Shown here: positions 38,391 to 50,700 of the stretch, piece after piece | How the letters are laid out: every line of letters begins with the position of its first letter | Position numbering within the stretch: position 1 is the first letter of the stretch | From: Macrostomum hystrix | Taxonomy: Eukaryota > Animalia > Platyhelminthes | DNA: 64,000 nt | Direction: 5' to 3' | Assembly: GCA_950097015.1 (NCBI GenBank) | Contig: CATNEN010000038.1 | Location: 23,746,001 to 23,810,000, forward strand | The notes under the pieces: generated by a model | Seen by the model: the letters and a program-made list of their open reading frames with translations, nothing else | Told to the model about the DNA's origin: nothing | Databases searched by the model: none | Translations under genes and position numbers: made by a program

Positions 38391-38709
38391 AGAGACGTAG
38401 GAGAGAAAATACAAAAAACATTAGACAGGAGAGAGATGAGGCACGGGATAGAAGAGACAGCAAAGTGGGCAGAATTTATGACATTTACAAGCAGTATTTG
38501 GCTTGTTTTGGCCTGTCTAAAGCACGGCTTGTCTCCCCCTTATTTTCATCCCCAGCCAATGGGCTGTTTAGCTCGTTCCCTATTGGCTGACGTGATGGCC
38601 AGACCTCAGTAGAAAAGAATTTAATTGCCATCGAAAAGAAGAGAGGCTGCCTTGCTTATTTAGAAACTTTTCTGGATTGCTGATTTAGCTTCAGTTGCTA
38701 AGCGAGAAT

Positions 38710-41700
38710 ATGCTCCATTTACAGCAGTTGCTGCCGCCGTTAATCCTACTGTTATCTATTCTAGACAGCATCCGAGCTGCAAGTTTCACAAGAGAGATAG
38801 ACGAGGACAATGGTGAGATTCATGGGCCTAATAGGCCTCGCCAGGTAGCTCAACTGTCTGATTACGTCACCGGTTCAATCACCGACACAATGCGCTTCGA
38901 AATCGACCCCAATCAATCGCCAGTGGCTGATTATTTCTCTGTTGATTCGCGCACTGGTGAGTTGACAACCTCGCCAAACAGAAGCCTTGATAGGGACGCA
39001 CTGTGCCAGCAGGCTCGGGCTTGTTGTCACAGACAACTAGTCTGCGGCTTGAAGATTCGCATCCGTTTGATTGACAGCTCCAACGTTGACAATACGCAGA
39101 GCTTTTGGGCGACTATTAATCTGCGAGATTTGAACGACAATGCGCCCAGATTTCTTATGTCCCACTTTAACCTGACTGTCATTGAGGGCGGACCTACTGG
39201 CGAAAGCGTTCGCCTGCCCCTGGCTGTTGATTTGGATTCTACTGAGTTCGGTATCAGAGAATATACCCTGCTCGAGTCAAGCGCATATTTTCAGGTGAGT
39301 GTAATACAGTCAACCTGTCATGGGAATCTGACAGAATAGATGACATGGTATACTGCAGTATATTCTGACACGTCCAGATCATAGAATCTGACGTTTCCAT
39401 TTCAGAGAATCTGACATTCCCAGGTCATAGAATCTGACATTCCCAGGTCATAAAATCTGACATTCCCGGGTCATATGGAATCTGACATTCCCAGGTCATA
39501 GAATCTGACATTCCCAGGTCATAGAATCTGACATTCCCAGGTCATATGGAATCTGACATTCCCAGGTCATATGGAATCTGAAATTCCCAGGTCATAGAAT
39601 CTGACATTCCCAGGTCATAGAATCTGACATTCCCAGGTCATATGGAATCTGACATTCCCAGGTCATAGAATCTGACATTCCCAGGTCATAGAATCTGACA
39701 TTCCCAGGTCATATGGAATCTGACATTCCCAGGTCATATGGAATCTGAAATTCCCAGGTCATAGAATCTGACATTCCCAGGTCATAGAATCTGACATTCC
39801 CAGGTCATAGAATCTGACATTCCCAGGTCATATGGAATCTGACATTCCCAGGTCATAGAATCTGACATTCCCAGGTCATATGGAATCTGACATTCCCAGG
39901 TCATAGAATCTGACATTCCCAGGTCATATGGAATCTGACATTCCCAGGTCATATGGAATCTGACATTCCCAGGTCATAGAATCTGACATTCCCAGGTCAT
40001 AGAATCTGACATTCCCAGGTCATAGAATCTGACATTCCCAGGTCATAGAATCTGACATTCCCAGGTCATATGGAATCTGACATTCCCAGGTCATAGAATC
40101 TGACATTCCCAGGTCATATGGAATCTGAAATTCCCAGGTCATAGAATCTGACATTCCCAGGTCATATGGAATCTGAAATTCCCAGGTCATAGAATCTGAC
40201 GTTTCCATTTCGGAGAATCTGACATTCCCATTTCAGAGAATCTGACATTCCCAGGTCATAGAATCTGACATTCCCAGGTCATATGGAATCTGAAATTCCC
40301 AGGTCATAGAATCTGACATTCCCAGGTCATATGGAATCTGAAATTCCCAGGTCATAGAATCTGACATTCCCAGGTCATATGGAATCTGAAATTCCCAGGT
40401 CATAGAATCTGACATTCCCAGGTCATATGGAATCTGACATTCCCAGGTCATAGAATCTGACATTCCCAGGTCATATGGAATCTGACATTCCCAGGTCATA
40501 GAATCTGACATTCCCAGGTCATATGGAATCTGAAATTCCCAGGTCATAGAATCTGACATTCCCAGGTCATAGAATCTGACATTCCCAGGTCATATGGAAT
40601 CTGACATTCCCAGGTCATAGAATCTGACATTCCCAGGTCATAGAATCTGACATTCCCAGGTCATATGGAATCTGAAATTCCCAGGTCATAGAATCTGACA
40701 TTCCCAGGTCATATGGAATCTGAAATTCCCAGGTCATAGAATCTGACATTCCCAGGTCATATGGAATCTGAAATTCCCAGGTCATAGAATCTGACATTCC
40801 CAGGTCATATGGAATCTGAAATTCCCATGTCATAGAATCTGACATTCCCAGGTCATATGGAATCTGAAATTCCCAGGTCATAGAATCTGACATTCCCAGG
40901 TCATATAGCATCTGACATTCCCAGGTCATATAGCATCTGACATTCCCAGGTCATAGAATCTGACATTCCCAGGTCATATAGCATCTGACATTCCCAGGCC
41001 TATAGTCTCACATTCACAGGCCATATTGAATGCGAAGCCAAAACGAAGCTAAATTACCTTATTTTGCCAGGTGACCCAGTCAGATCTAAATGGTCTGAAG
41101 GAACCTCGCCTGACGGTCCTGAAGGACATCGATCGCGAAGCCACGCCTTTCTTCAGCTTGACCCTGCTGGCTAAAGATGGCGGCAGTCCGCGGCGGACAG
41201 GCAGCGTCAGCATGCTGATCCGGGTTCTGGATCGCAACGACAACGCGCCGACGTTCTCGCTTGATCGACTCACTGTCAGCCTGCGCGAGGACGCCTCGCC
41301 GGGCAGTCGGGTGGCTCAATTAAATGCTACAGACGCTGACGAGGGTGACAATGCCGCGGTCAGATACAGCCTGCGGGACACCAGCGTGGTGCCAGGTGAG
41401 CTCGGCATGAAACTCGACTGCCACAAATTGTCACTAGGGAGAGATCATAGGGAGAGATCACAGGGAGAGATCACAGGGAGAGATCGCTGGGAGAGATCAC
41501 AGGGAGAGATCACAGGGAGAGATCACAGGGAGATATCACAGCATGGAGAGATCAAATGGAGTGATCATAGGGAGAGATCACAGGGAGAGATCATAGGGAG
41601 AGATCACATGGAGAGATCACATGGAGAGATAACAGTGAGAGATCACAGGGAGAGATCACAGGGAGAGATCACATTTAGAGATCACAGAGAGAGATCACTG

Positions 41701-44700
41701 GGAGAGATCAAATGGAGAGATCAAATGGAGAGATCACAGGGAGAGATCACAGGGAGAGATCACAGGGAGAGATCACATGGAGAGAACACATGGAGAGATC
41801 ACAGTGAGAGATCACAGGAAAAATTCACACATTTAGAGTTAATGGAGTACGTCGTATATCAAATATGAATTGCCATTCTACCTGTCACCAGGCCTACCGT
41901 CAGTTAGCGGCAATTTCTACATCAACCCCAGCACCGGCTTAGTGACACTATTTAGACCGTTGGACTACGAGAAATCGCAGCGTCACGTGCTGCTAATCGA
42001 GGCAACGGATCGAGCTGGCGTTAGCGCAGGCTTTCTCAGCCATTCAATGTCTGCCAGCAGACTAGAGGTTCCCCGAACCGGCAGCGCAACACTCACCGTC
42101 AACGTCATCGATGTTAACGACGAACCTCCAAAGATCAATGTGGTGTCTCCTAGCCGGGGCGGTGGACTTTCAGTAGACGAGAACTCCAGAATCGATACTC
42201 TAGTAGCCTGGGTCACTGTCGGCGACGGTGAGCGCAGCGGGCGTCACGTGTCATGCCATCTCACCGGTCCTGGCCGGGATCAGTTTCAATTGGCAACTAA
42301 GCAGCATTCGGAAGAGAAAGAGCTCGAGCTGAGAACTGTTCGAGCGTTGGATGCGGAGCAGTGGCGAGAATTGGCTGTCACAATTAGGTGCACAGATAAC
42401 GGAGCTCCGCCACTCACAGCTGAGAAGGAGTTGCGGGTAAGATAAAAACATAGCTTCCTAAACCAAGCTCTCAAAATAATTATTTCTCTGCCCCGAGTGT
42501 ACATTGAATTCCGTCCCCCAAACTGGAGTGCGCGAACATCGTCGAGATTTCTCTGCCCCGAGTGTACATTGAATTCCGTCCCCCAAACTGGAGTGTGCGA
42601 ACATCGTCGAGACTTCTCTGCCCCGAGTGTACATTGAATTCCGTCCCCCAAACTGGAGTGTGCGAACATCGTCGAGATTTCTCTGCCCCGAGTGTACATT
42701 GAATTCCGTCCCCCAAACTGGAGTGTGCGAACATCGTCGAGATTTCTCTGCCCCGAGTGTACATTGAATTCCGTCCCCCAAACTGGAGTGTGCGAACATC
42801 GTCGAGATTTCTCTGCCCCGAGTGTACATTGAATTCCGTCCCACAAACTGGAGTGAGCTGGATTCCAGGCTGATAATTGAATTTGTAAACCAATTGCAAA
42901 CTAATTTTAGGTTCGCATCAACAACCTGAACGACAATCGACCCAGCTTCGGCATACGCACTTTAAACTTGACTGTGCCAGAGAATCGTGGCGGTCATTTA
43001 TTTGTCTTCGCATTCAACGCCACGGACAGGGATGGCGACCAGATTGTCTACTCCCTGGAGGACACTCCTGACAGGTTCTATTTTCAGTTAAACTCTAGCG
43101 GCAGACTGTACGCAATCAGCAGTTTTGATCGGGAACAGACGAGTCGATATCATCTGCGCGTAACTGCCAGAGACTCTGGCGCGCCGCCATTGGACTCCGA
43201 TCCGTTAGATGTCATTGTCAACATTGCCGACATCAACGATAATAGGCCGGTGTTTCGCGACGTGGCCGACCCAAACGTCGGGCTACGGTTTAGCGTCGAC
43301 GAAGAACAAGACCCGGATACTCCGGTTGGCGAGGTAGGATTTTGAGTCAACAGTAAAAATACCACGCTATTTTTCCCACTGGCGAAATACCACGGTGGTA
43401 TTTCAAACACCCACTGCCAAATTCACGATAGCTCCCAAATCGGATGAACAAGCTTCGTGAAAGTTTACCAGGTGGCTCAAATTTTTCCGCCCTTCACGAT
43501 GAACTGACTTTCAAATCCGTCCGAGTCAGCATGTTCGTCTATGGCAAATCCACATTGGTTCAATAATCTGAGTCCACCTGTCGTAAGGAACCTTTGTTCT
43601 CAGCATCCCAGCATGTACCATAGTCCACTTCATCGCCGTCTGGAGCATTGGCTGTGACCGTTGGGATTTCAACAAAAGCAGCCGTCTTTTAGCTACTTTC
43701 GCAGCCGATGCTCGAGACGGCGATGAAGGGGGTGGTGACTGGGAAGCTGAGAACAAAGGCCCCTGCTACTGATCGACATAGTTTGTTGCGCCAACATGGT
43801 TTCGGGATGAAATTTTTATGAGCAGAAAAAGTATGCTTATATTTTTGGCCTTTGCCACCAGACACCCCGACGAGAATGGTTGAATATCTCGACGATGTAG
43901 ATGGTTCGTGATTCTGGAAGTTGTTTTATCGCATCGAGCGGAAAAATTTAGTCTGTTTTCTGGAACTTCATGTCGGTAATTGATAATTGATTAACATCAC
44001 AGGTTCGCGCCGACGACGCAGACTCAGGAGCCAACGGGCGCATTCGGTACAGCATAGCCGAGTACGCGGCTCAGCAATGGTTCGCTGTACACCCGGAGAC
44101 AGGGGCCATCAGAACCCTACGCAGATTGGACAGGGAAACAACTCCTAGATACACCTTTACTGTCTTGGCCAACGACAACGGCCAGCCAAGACTGTCTGCT
44201 TCTGTTCAGGTCAATGTCCAGGTGAGCTTTGCGTGTTTGCAAATGATTTTCGAATTGCCCACAGGGTTATAGGCAAGGGTGCAGCATTTGGTGACACTAG
44301 ATCCGCAGCCAGCGAGGAGGCAATTGAGCCCATTTCGCTGACTCCTGAGCACACACGCTCACACAGGTGTGTACATCTGCCCTGACTTTCTCATCGTCAG
44401 GCAGTTTACGCTTTCACTGTGCCTTGGTGGTTGACCCTCAAATTACAACACAAACCCCACAAGCCTTCTCTCCGCGGCTGCGCCTTAAATGAATCTGACC
44501 TCGCCGCGGAATCGAGCTCAGGGACCTTGGCGTGAGAGGCGAACGCGTTAACCACTCTGCCACTCATTGCCAACAAAACAAAAGGAATCAGACAATGATC
44601 CATTAGTGTATTTTTTCTGAATGTTGACACAGAAGTAAAGTTATTTGTGAGTGAAAAAAACTCTAGTGCCGCTTTCATTGTTAGCTAGTCTTAGCTTTTA

Positions 44701-47700
44701 TCCATGCATGATTCTCTGTCAACTGTCGATGTGTAGTGTAGGGAATATTTCCCATGTAGCCATTGCTTTTATGTGAGGATAAGCGTGTAGCTCGGGTCAA
44801 GAAATATACACACAGAGTCCATCTTTTTCTGAGTTAGATAGCGCTCTGGTGTTTGTTCGTCCAATAGTGTGTTTCTGTTTAATAATTCATTGTCTGTTCA
44901 ATCCTTCTGGGACCCTTCTGGGATCCTTCTATGTTTTATGATGCCCAGGGCCGAGCTTAACCCGTGGTTTAACCCGTGCGCTGCGTAACTTATTCAATGG
45001 CTTTTTTTCTATCAGACTGTGTTTTGTGGCCGAAGGATCGATGGGTTTGTTGAGTTTTTACGTAGCCGGGGCGGAGTCAAGGACTGTTTTCTCTCTTTTT
45101 TAATAGCCCTTTCTTAACTGTAAGGATCATCTCTTGGGACTGCTGTGAGATGTTCACAAAATCGGGGCAGATACGAGGGACACTTGAAAGGATTTTTAGT
45201 ATCCGAGATATTTTTTAAGCCTTTAGTATCGACTGTTGAGAGTTCTATTAAAGCTAAAAATCTGCGCTAGAGAGGGTGAGAGAAAGGGAGAGAGAAAGGG
45301 AGAGAGGAAGGGAGAGAGGAAGGGAGAAGGGAGAGAGGAAGGTAGACAGGAAGGTAAAGAGGCATGTAAAGAGGAAGGGAGAGAGAAGGTAGAGAGGAAG
45401 GGTGAGAGGAATGGAGAGAGGAACGGAGAGAGGAACGGAAAGAGGAACGGAGAGAGGAACGGAGAGAGGAACGGAGAGAGAAACGGAGAGAGGAACGGAG
45501 AGAGAAACGGAGAGAGGAACGGAGAGAGGAATGGAGAGAGGAATGGAGAGAGGAATGGAGAGAGGAATGGAGAGAGGAATGGAGAGCGGAACGGAGAGAG
45601 GAAGGGAGAGAGGAATGGAGAGCGGAACGGAGAGAGGAAGGGAGAGAGGAATGGAGAGCGGAACGGAGAGAGGAATGGAGAGAGGAATGGAGAGAGGAAC
45701 GGAGAGAGGAAGGGAGAGAGGAAGGGAGAGAGGAAGTGAGAGAGGAATAGAGAGAGGAAGGGAGAGAGGAAGGGAGAGGGGAATGGAGAGAGGAATGGAG
45801 AGAGGAAGGGAGAGAGGAATGGAGAGCGGAACGGAGAGAGGAAGGGAGAGAGGAATGGAGAGCGGAACGGAGAGAGGAATGGAGAGAGGAATGGAGAGAG
45901 GAACGGAGAGAGGAAGGGAGAGAGGAAGGGAGAGAGGAAGTGAGAGAGGAATAGAGAGAGGAAGGGAGAGAGGAAGGGAGAGAGGAAGGTTAACAGTAGT
46001 GTAGAAAAAAGGGATGGAAAAACATGTCTTAAAGAGCAAATTTCGATTTACCTATTTCCTTATCTGACTAGAAAATTAGCATTTTTGTTATTATAAGAGG
46101 ACTTGAAAAGGCTATCGAAACGGTTGACTTCACAGATTATCTGTGCACAAATAGACCTAGTTAGCAGAGTGCAGAAACTATCACTAAAAGCTATTTTAAG
46201 TATACATTTGTAGCACATTTAACCTGGTGAATTGCATTTGCTAGTCTGGTTTTCCGTCAAGAAAAAAGTCTGAACTTAGCTGTCTTTCAATAGAAATAAG
46301 AAGAGAGGAAGAGAAGAAGAGAGGAAGAGAAGAAGAGAGGAAGAGAAGAAGAGAGGAAGGGAAGAAGAGAGGAAGAGAAGAAGAGAGGAAGGGAAGAAGA
46401 GAGGAAGAGAAGAAGAGAGGAAGAGAAGAAGAGAGGAAGGGAAGAAGAGAGGAAGGGAAGAAGAGAGGAAGAGAAGAAAAGAGGAAGAGAAGAAAAAAGT
46501 AAGAGAAGAAGAGAGGAAGGGAGGAAGAGAGGAAGAGAAGAAGAGAGGAAGAGAAGAAGAGAGGAAGAGAAGAAGAGAGGAAGAGAAGAAGAGAGGAAGA
46601 GAAGAAGAGAGGAAGGGAAGAAGAGAGAATGAGAAGAGGAGAGGAAGAGAAGAAGAGAGGAAGAGAAGAAGAGAGGAAGAGAAGAAGAGAGGAAGGGAAG
46701 AGGAGAGGAAGAGAAGAAGAGAGGAAGAGAAGAAGAGAGGAAGGGAAGAAGAGAGGAAGGGAAGAAGAGAGGAAGAGAAGAAGAGAGGAAGGGAAGAACA
46801 GAGGAAGAGAAGAAGAGAGGAAGGGAAGAAGAGAGGAAGGGAAGAACAGAGGAAGAGAAGAAGAGAGGAAGAGAAGAAGAGAGGAAGGGAAGAACAGAGG
46901 AAGAGAAGAAGAGAGGAAGAGAAGAAGAGAGGAAGGGAAGAAGAGAGGAAGAGAAGAAGAGAGGAAGGGAAGAAGAGAGGAAGAGAAGAAGAGAGGAAGA
47001 GAAGAAGAGAGGAAGAGAAGAAGAGAGGAAGAGAAGAAGAGAGGAAGGGAAGAAGAGAGGAAGAGAAGAAGAGAGGAAGAGAAGAAGAGAGGAAGAGAAG
47101 AAGAGAGGAAGGGAAGAAGAGAGGAAGAGAAGAAGAGAGGAAGGGAAGAAGAGAGGAAGAGAAGAAGAGAGGAAGAGAAGAAGAGAGGAAGGGAAGAAGA
47201 GAGGAAGAGAAGAAGAGAGGAAGAGAAGAAGAGAGGAAGAGAAGAAGAGAGGAAGGGAAGAAGAGAGGAAGGGAAGAAGAGAGGAAGAGAAGAAGAGAGG
47301 AAGAGAAGAAGAGAGGAAGGGAAGAAGAGAGGAAGAGAAGAAGAGAGGAAGAGAAGAAGAGAGGAAGAGAAGAAGAGAGGAAGAGAAGAAGAGAGGAAGG
47401 GAAGAAGAGAGGAAGAGAAGAAGAGAGGAAGAGAAGAAGAGAGGAAGAGAAGAAGAGAGGAAGAGAAGAAGAGAGGAAGGGAAGAAGAGAGGAAGAGAAG
47501 AAGAGAGGAAGGGAAGAACAGAGGAAGAGAAGAAGAGAGGAAGAGAAGAAGAGAGGAAGGGAAGAACAGAGGAAGAGAAGAAGAGAGGAAGAGAAGAAGA
47601 GAGGAAGGGAAGAAGAGAGGAAGGGAAGAACAGAGGAAGAGAAGAAGAGAGGAAGAGAAGAAGAGAGGAAGAGAAGAAGAGAGGAAGGGAAGAAGAGAGG

Positions 47701-50700
47701 AAGAGAAGAAGAGAGGAAGAGAAGAACAGAGGAAGAGAAGAGAGGAAGAGAAGAAGAGAGGAAGAGAAGAAGAGAGGGGTGAATAATAGGGGGAAAAGAA
47801 TAGGGGGCAGAAGAAAAGAGGAAGAGAGAGTATACCTAGAGGAAGATGAAGATATTGGGTGAGTGAAGGTATGAAGGCACGGTAGTTAGCTTGGTGGCAG
47901 AAAAGCCAAGCAGAATAGCAAGTGAAATTAGCAAGCCGACTCTAGGGAGCCTTCGTCAATAGCTAGAAAGCATTAACTAAAGATTTATTGTTCGCACCAA
48001 CCTTTAGAGAATAGAGAAAAGCGTGTTTAGAAAGCAGAAAATATCCTGCTTTTTTAAGGCTTCACATATTGGCAGCAATGATTGCACCACCTTGACATCA
48101 CTAATGATACACTTTGACTGTTTGTCTATCCTGAAAATGTGTCTCAAAAAATGCTAGCTCAGAAGAAGATTTCCTACAGACTATTATTGACAGGGACATG
48201 CAGGTAGCCTGTGTGGGCGTTATTTAAATGCCAGCATTAAAGATGATGCCTGACTTGAGTCAATCAAAGCGCTCACCAGAGAGTAGCTGGATGACTCAGG
48301 CGCATGTCCCTCTGCGATTCTTCAAGTATCAAAAAATGCATTCCAGCCCCTCCACCGTGAGATTGCCCGCCTGTTCGAAAATGTGCTTGTGTAAAAATAA
48401 GCCACTATTGTTTCGACTAGATGGCAGTTGTAGGAAATGCTCTAAATTTATCTTCTAGAAAAGTTGCCTCTGGTTTGCCATCGTCATCGCAGGGAAGGCG
48501 AGGGGAAGAAGAGGAAGAAGAGAAAGTGGAAGGCGAGGGGGAGAAGAGGAAGAGGAGAAAGTGGAAGGCGAGGGGGAGAAGAGGAAGAGGAGAAAGTGGA
48601 AGGCGAGGGGAGAAGAGGAAGAGGAGAAAGGGTAAGGCGAGGGGAGAAGAGGAAGAGGAGAAAGTGTAAGGCGAGGGGGAGAAGAGGAAGAGGAGAAAGT
48701 GGAAGGCGAGGGGAGAAGAGGAAGAGGAGAAAGGGTAAGGCGAGGGGAGAAGAGGAAGAGGAGAAAAGCGAAGGCGGGGGAGAAGAGGAAGAGGAGAAAG
48801 TGGAAGGCGAGGGGGAGAAGAGGAAGAGGAGAAAGTGGAAGGCGAGGGGAGAAGAGGGAGAGGAGAAAGTGGAAGGCGAGGGGGAGAAGAGGGAGAGGAG
48901 AAAGTGGAAGGCGAGGGGGAGAAGAGGAAGAGGAGAAAGTGGAAGGCGAGGGGGAGAAGAGGAAGAGGAGAAAGTGGAAGGCGAGGGGAGAAGAGGAAGA
49001 GGAGAAAGTGTAAGGGGAGGGGGAGAAGAGGAAGAGGAGAAAGTGGAAGGCGAGGGGGAGAAGAGGAAGAGGAGAAAGTGTAAGGGGAGGGGGAGAAGAG
49101 GAAGAGGAGAAAGTGGAAGGCGAGGGGGAGAAGAGGAAGAGGAGAAAGTGGAAGGCGAGGGGAGAAGAGGAAGAGGAGAAAGTGTAAGGGGAGGGGGAGA
49201 AGAGGAAGAGGAGAAAGTGGAAGGCGAGGGGGAGAAGAGGAAGAGGAGGGGATATAAAAGAAGACACAGAGATGTTCATACGTGATGATCATGTCACAAT
49301 TGTGTCACTACACTAGGTAAACGACGTGAATGACAACGCGCCTCGATTTATCTACCCGGGCGCGCACAACACCACCGTTGAGACATCATACCGCAATGGC
49401 ATTAACACTGTCATAGCCGAGATTCGAGTCATGGACCAAGACGAGGGTCCGAATTCTGTGGTTGACTTTGCCATCGCCGGCGGCACAGGACTCGCCATGT
49501 TTCGCATCGATTCCAAAACTGGGAATCTGATGCTGGACAGGTCCCTCAGTGCTGCGGACATCGGCACCTACGGCTTACTGGTGAGAACCGTGCTCTGTCT
49601 CTTCTCCTCCCAACCCTGTCTATTCTCCTCCCTACCCTGTCTCTTCTCCTCTCTACCCTGTCTATTCTCCTCCCTTCCCTTTCTCTCCTCCTCTCTCCCC
49701 TTTCTCTCCTCCCCTGTCTCTTCTTCTCTCTCCCCTGTCTATTCTCCTCCCTCCCCTTTCTCTCCTCCTCTCTCCCCTTTCTCTCCTCCCCTTTCTCTCC
49801 TCCTCTCTCCCCTGTCTCTTCTCCTCTCTCCCCTGTCTATTCTCCTCCCTCCCCTTTCTCTCCTCCTCTCTCCTCTCTCCCCTTTCTCTCCTCCCCTTTC
49901 TCTCCTCCTCTCTCCCCTTTCTCTCCTCCCCTTTCTCTCCTCCTCTCTCCCCTTTCTCTCCTCCCCTTTCTCTCCTCCTCTCTCCCCTTTCTCTCCTCCC
50001 CTTTCTCTCCTCCTCTCTCCCCTTTCTCTCCTCCCCTTTCTCTCCTCCTCTCTCCCCTGTCTCTTCTCCTCTCTCCCCTGTCTCTTCTCCTCTCTCCCCT
50101 GTCTCTTCTCCTCTCTCCCCTGTCTATTCTCCCCTCTCCCCTGTCAATTCTGCTCCCTCCCCTGTCTCCTCTTCTCCCTCCTCTGTCACTCCAGCAAACC
50201 CATTACCCGACTTCAATATCCTGCGCACCAAATTCAGCTTCAAGCCAGCGACGGTGGCTATCCATCAAAGTCTTCCACTGCCAGCCTACTGGTGTCAGTC
50301 AAAGATCTGCCCGCAGATCCTCAAAGATTTCCGCCGCAGCCGTTGCCGCCGTTGTCGCCAGATTCTAACAACGATGGCGGCGCCGGAAAAAATCCACCGA
50401 TTCTGACTAGACAGAAAAATAACTTGACGACTAGTATTGGACAGAGAAATCTTGTGCTAATTGTGTGCCTGGTGATTATGGCCTCACTATTGGCACTGGT
50501 GTTTCTGGCGATCATTGGTTGGCTAAAGCGCCGGCAGAACTCGGATGCGACTGGACAAAGCGGCGATGTCGGCAACGGCCCCGGTGAAGCACTTCCCTTC
50601 AAGGCAAGCGGGGTGACGGGTAGATTGTGCAAGGAGAGGGGTACACTGTGTGGAGTGAGGGGTAGATTGTGTGGATTGAGGGGTAGATTGTGTGGAGTGG

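Noticed and set aside
35694-38463. Many long S/L/C/H-rich ORFs
   Set aside because: Translations of the GAGATGAGACAC satellite in all three minus frames.
44330-44402. Hammerhead ribozyme in SINE B (CUGACGA...GAAA)
   Set aside because: CUGAC pairs locally with GUCAG as a simple hairpin, and stems I-III with a UH site could not be built.
45172-45215. TACGAGGG mariner-like left end
   Set aside because: No matching right TIR or transposase remnant found nearby.
45236-49292. Long E/R/K/G-rich ORFs
   Set aside because: Polypurine repeats lack stop codons by composition; they are intronic.
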